Shown piece by piece: positions 17,472-20,000 of a stretch of 20,000 bases of DNA. Source of the stretch: an uncultured virus (IMG/VR IMGVR_UViG_3300025000_000008) (lineage: Duplodnaviria; Heunggongvirae; Uroviricota; Caudoviricetes); the IMG/VR virus record IMGVR_UViG_3300025000_000008, one strand, 5' to 3'. The notes beneath the pieces are model-generated. The model ran no database searches and was not told where the DNA came from. It saw nothing but the letters and a program-made list of their open reading frames with translations. How positions within the stretch are numbered: position 1 is the stretch's first letter; every line of letters begins with the position of its first letter. Made by a program: the position numbers and the translations under genes.

Positions 17472-17638
17472 GGGGGGGGCAGAAATAAAGGCCCTGAAAA
17501 ATAATAAATAAACGACTTTTGTCGTATCATCATATCCTTGGTAATACTTTCGGTTCAACAATCGTCTTCAATGAAATAACAGGAGCAAACCATGAGTTTA
17601 AAAAGATTGGAATTAATCACCGCACTCGAAGAAGTTAA
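17434..17638 (+). pseudogene. DpdA N-terminal-like module 6 (G8 tract; out of frame at A5)
   Basis: MKIYLASTAPGHEGG (G8 17472-17479) stops at 17511; removing one A from the A5 at 17497-17501 gives LKIINKRLLSYHHILG... to TAA 17636-17638. Confidence 0.65.
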
Positions 17639-18590
17639 GCCCGGTTTGGCCAATAAAGACATTATTGCTCAATCAACTTCCTTCGTCTTTACCAAGAATT
17701 CAATCACGACTTTCAATGACGAGATATCGGTTTTCAAACCTTTCAAGTCAGGTATTGAAGGGGCGGTCCGGGCCAATGAATTATATTCCCTGCTCGGGAA
17801 GATCAAGGACGAGGATATCGAAACCGAAGTCACAGCCGGTGAACTGATCATCCGGGGAAAGAAGAGTGAGGCCGGTATCAAACTCGAAGCAGATATCCTC
17901 CTTCCTCTGGACGAAGTCGATATCGAACATACTGACCTGATCCCCCTGCCGGAAAACTTCATCCATGCAATTACCATCGCCAGTAATTGTGCCGCCAAGG
18001 ATCTGAGCAAGCCCCATCTGACCTGCCTGCATATTGATGGCCCATGCGTCGTAGCCTCCGATGACTTCCGGATTATCCGCGTTGACTTCACCGATGAGGT
18101 TGATTCTGACCCTATCCTCCTGCCGGCATCAGTTGTTAAGTTCCTGGGCAAATACAAGGTAAAATCCCTTTCGCATTCTTCCGGGTGGGCTCATTTCCAT
18201 ACCGAAGATGGTTTAATATTTTCAGCTAGGGTTCTTGCCGGCAATTTCCCGGAGGTGGATCAATTCCTGAAGGTCGAAGGGAAGGAGTTGCAATTCCCGG
18301 TTGAAGTCCTCGGGATGCTTGATCGGGCCGGGATCTTTACGGCTGATTCAACGAATGGCGATTTCGTCACAATTACGGTCGAGAATCGGCAGATGATGAT
18401 CCGGGGCGAAGGTGATTACGGATGGCTGAAGGAAACGGCCAATTGTAAGTACAAGGGGGAGAAATTTGAGTTCTGTGTTGATCCTTCCTTCATCAAGGAA
18501 ATTCTGAAGGATCTGCGGAAATGTATCGTCGGAGAGAATGCTTTATTGTTCGAGGGGGATAACTTCGTCCATGTAGTTGCTTTGGTGTAA
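17592..18590 (+). CDS. dnaN: DNA polymerase III beta sliding clamp-like protein
   Basis: 332 aa; VASDDFRI (ATDxxRL-like) and ARVLAGNFPEV (RLxxGxFP) clamp motifs; AGGAG RBS. Confidence 0.85.
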   Translation: MSLKRLELITALEEVKPGLANKDIIAQSTSFVFTKNSITTFNDEISVFKPFKSGIEGAVRANELYSLLGKIKDEDIETEVTAGELIIRGKKSEAGIKLEADILLPLDEVDIEHTDLIPLPENFIHAITIASNCAAKDLSKPHLTCLHIDGPCVVASDDFRIIRVDFTDEVDSDPILLPASVVKFLGKYKVKSLSHSSGWAHFHTEDGLIFSARVLAGNFPEVDQFLKVEGKELQFPVEVLGMLDRAGIFTADSTNGDFVTITVENRQMMIRGEGDYGWLKETANCKYKGEKFEFCVDPSFIKEILKDLRKCIVGENALLFEGDNFVHVVALV

Positions 18591-18610
18591 AAACATAAAA
18601 CGAGGCGAAT

Positions 18611-18967
18611 ATGGAATTTAAAAATGTAAGGGCATATTTGATATCGGTATTTGTAATCTTGGTATCTGTAATTATAGGGGGATTGATTAGCGGTAATTTT
18701 AGTTTCAATGTAGCAAGCAATAATCAAACGGCCGTTGCCGCAGATCCACAAGATAAAAACGATATAAGAAAAGAGCAGCCGATAAAGAATGTTGATGATT
18801 TACCCCCAGGATTCTCATATCAAAAATCCAATTTTGATGAATATAGATGGGTAGATCGAAATGGATATCCCAATATATTTGAACAGAAAAACTATGCAGA
18901 AATGGTAGAATCAGCATGGAGTTGGTATGAATTCGAGAAAAGAAAAAAAGATACCGTGTGGAAATAA
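18611..18967 (+). CDS. membrane-anchored hypothetical protein
   Basis: N-terminal hydrophobic helix; GAGG RBS; AT-rich. Confidence 0.6.
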   Translation: MEFKNVRAYLISVFVILVSVIIGGLISGNFSFNVASNNQTAVAADPQDKNDIRKEQPIKNVDDLPPGFSYQKSNFDEYRWVDRNGYPNIFEQKNYAEMVESAWSWYEFEKRKKDTVWK

Positions 18968-19006
18968 ACTCATTCAAACCATATAGTTTTTAAAACTGGA
19001 TAAATA

Positions 19007-20000
19007 ATGGCTTTCTGTCATCTACACCTTCACAATGAATACTCGGTTCTTGATGGGGTCGGCACTTCTAAACAATATGCCGCACTCGCTAAAGAACTCG
19101 GGCAAACTCATCTTTCTTTGGTAAATCACGGCAATATTGACGGGGCGATTGAGCACCAGAAGCAATGCCTCGAAGCCGGAATCAAGCCGATTGTCGGCGC
19201 AGAGATGTATTTGGTTCCGGATATCTCAGTCAAGACCAAAGGAGAAAGGCGATATCACATTACCCTTCTTGTCGAGAATCAAACCGGCTGGCGGAATCTC
19301 CTACAACTCCTGACTATTGCCAACATCGAAGGATATTATCGCCGGCCCAGAATTGATCATAAAACTTTGATGGAACATATTGAAGGCCTTGTGATCATGA
19401 GCGCCTGTTCAATGTCTTATTTATTGCTTGATATAGACAATTGGATGGTTCTTGATTATATCAATGCGCTTGGAAAGGACCGGGTATTCTTTGAGGTTAT
19501 GCCCCATAAGATACCAGAACAGATCAAAATCAATAAGCTCGCCCTCCATTATGGAAAACAACTCGGTATCCAACTCGTAGCTACAAATGACTGCCATTAT
19601 CCTACCGATGAAGCAACCAAACATCAAGAAGTCCTGCTGGCCATCCAATCCAAAAAGAAATGGGATGATACCGACCGGTGGAAGTTCAATTGCGACGGCC
19701 TCTTTCTTCGTTCTGAAGAGCAGATGTTCGAAGCCTTCCAAGAACAGGATTGTTTATCTGACGAGGAAATCAAGCGGGCCATTCGCCGGACGATGAAGGT
19801 TGCCAAGATATGTGAAAACTTCCGGATCGAACAACAAGAAGTGTTTCTCCCGAGTATCAAGAAATTTCCGGCTGAGGAAGATGAACTGATATTTCTTGAA
19901 AATCAAATTTTCAAAGGGCTCCGCCGCAGGCTCCGGGGATTATCTTTTGAAGAACTTACCCCATACAAAGAACGAATTGAAATGGAGATGAAATTGATTA
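19007..20000 (+). CDS. dnaE: DNA polymerase III alpha subunit, PHP domain (3'-partial)
   Basis: Absent from the ORF track because it has no stop in the window. MAFCHLHLHNEYSVLDG, GIKPIVGAEMY, HITLL..NQTGWRNL, RPRID, SAC, ATNDCHY. Confidence 0.93.
   Translation, partial: MAFCHLHLHNEYSVLDGVGTSKQYAALAKELGQTHLSLVNHGNIDGAIEHQKQCLEAGIKPIVGAEMYLVPDISVKTKGERRYHITLLVENQTGWRNLLQLLTIANIEGYYRRPRIDHKTLMEHIEGLVIMSACSMSYLLLDIDNWMVLDYINALGKDRVFFEVMPHKIPEQIKINKLALHYGKQLGIQLVATNDCHYPTDEATKHQEVLLAIQSKKKWDDTDRWKFNCDGLFLRSEEQMFEAFQEQDCLSDEEIKRAIRRTMKVAKICENFRIEQQEVFLPSIKKFPAEEDELIFLENQIFKGLRRRLRGLSFEELTPYKERIEMEMKLI

Noticed and set aside
14295..17638. Diversity-generating retroelement or invertase shufflon as the source of the modules
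   Set aside because: No reverse transcriptase or recombinase in the window, no near-identical template/variable pair, all modules are co-oriented, and DNA identity is limited to short 5' stretches. A recombinase elsewhere cannot be excluded.
1..20000. CRISPR array, tRNA or rRNA genes
   Set aside because: No regularly spaced repeats or cloverleaf-like sequences were seen, and intergenic gaps are short.

Overview
All credible genes are on the + strand and tightly packed, often with ATGA/TAATG overlaps, consistent with a phage or prophage replication and DNA-modification region. Replication/nucleotide genes: SNF2/HARP-like helicase, primase, ThyX, wHTH replication initiator with internal iteron-like repeats, DnaC-like loader, MazG-like hydrolase, DnaB-like helicase, beta clamp and the 5' part of Pol III alpha. 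Within these sits a 7-deazaguanine locus: PAPS-reductase-like gene, queD, queE, queC, PRTase-folE fusion, yhhQ-like transporter and a TGT/DpdA-like transglycosylase with an intein. The most unusual feature is largely missed by the ORF track: six ~50-70 aa paralogous modules (MKIYLAG...RRLLSY/F) surround the DpdA-like gene and match its missing N-terminus. Five carry a simple-sequence repeat (C9, G8, (AG)9, C9, G8) between the two motifs and four are out of frame. One of these four fuses in frame to the DpdA-like body if the (AG)n tract changes length. This suggests a phase-variable, modular (possibly split) DNA-modifying enzyme. All family calls come from motif recognition by eye; no database searches were run.
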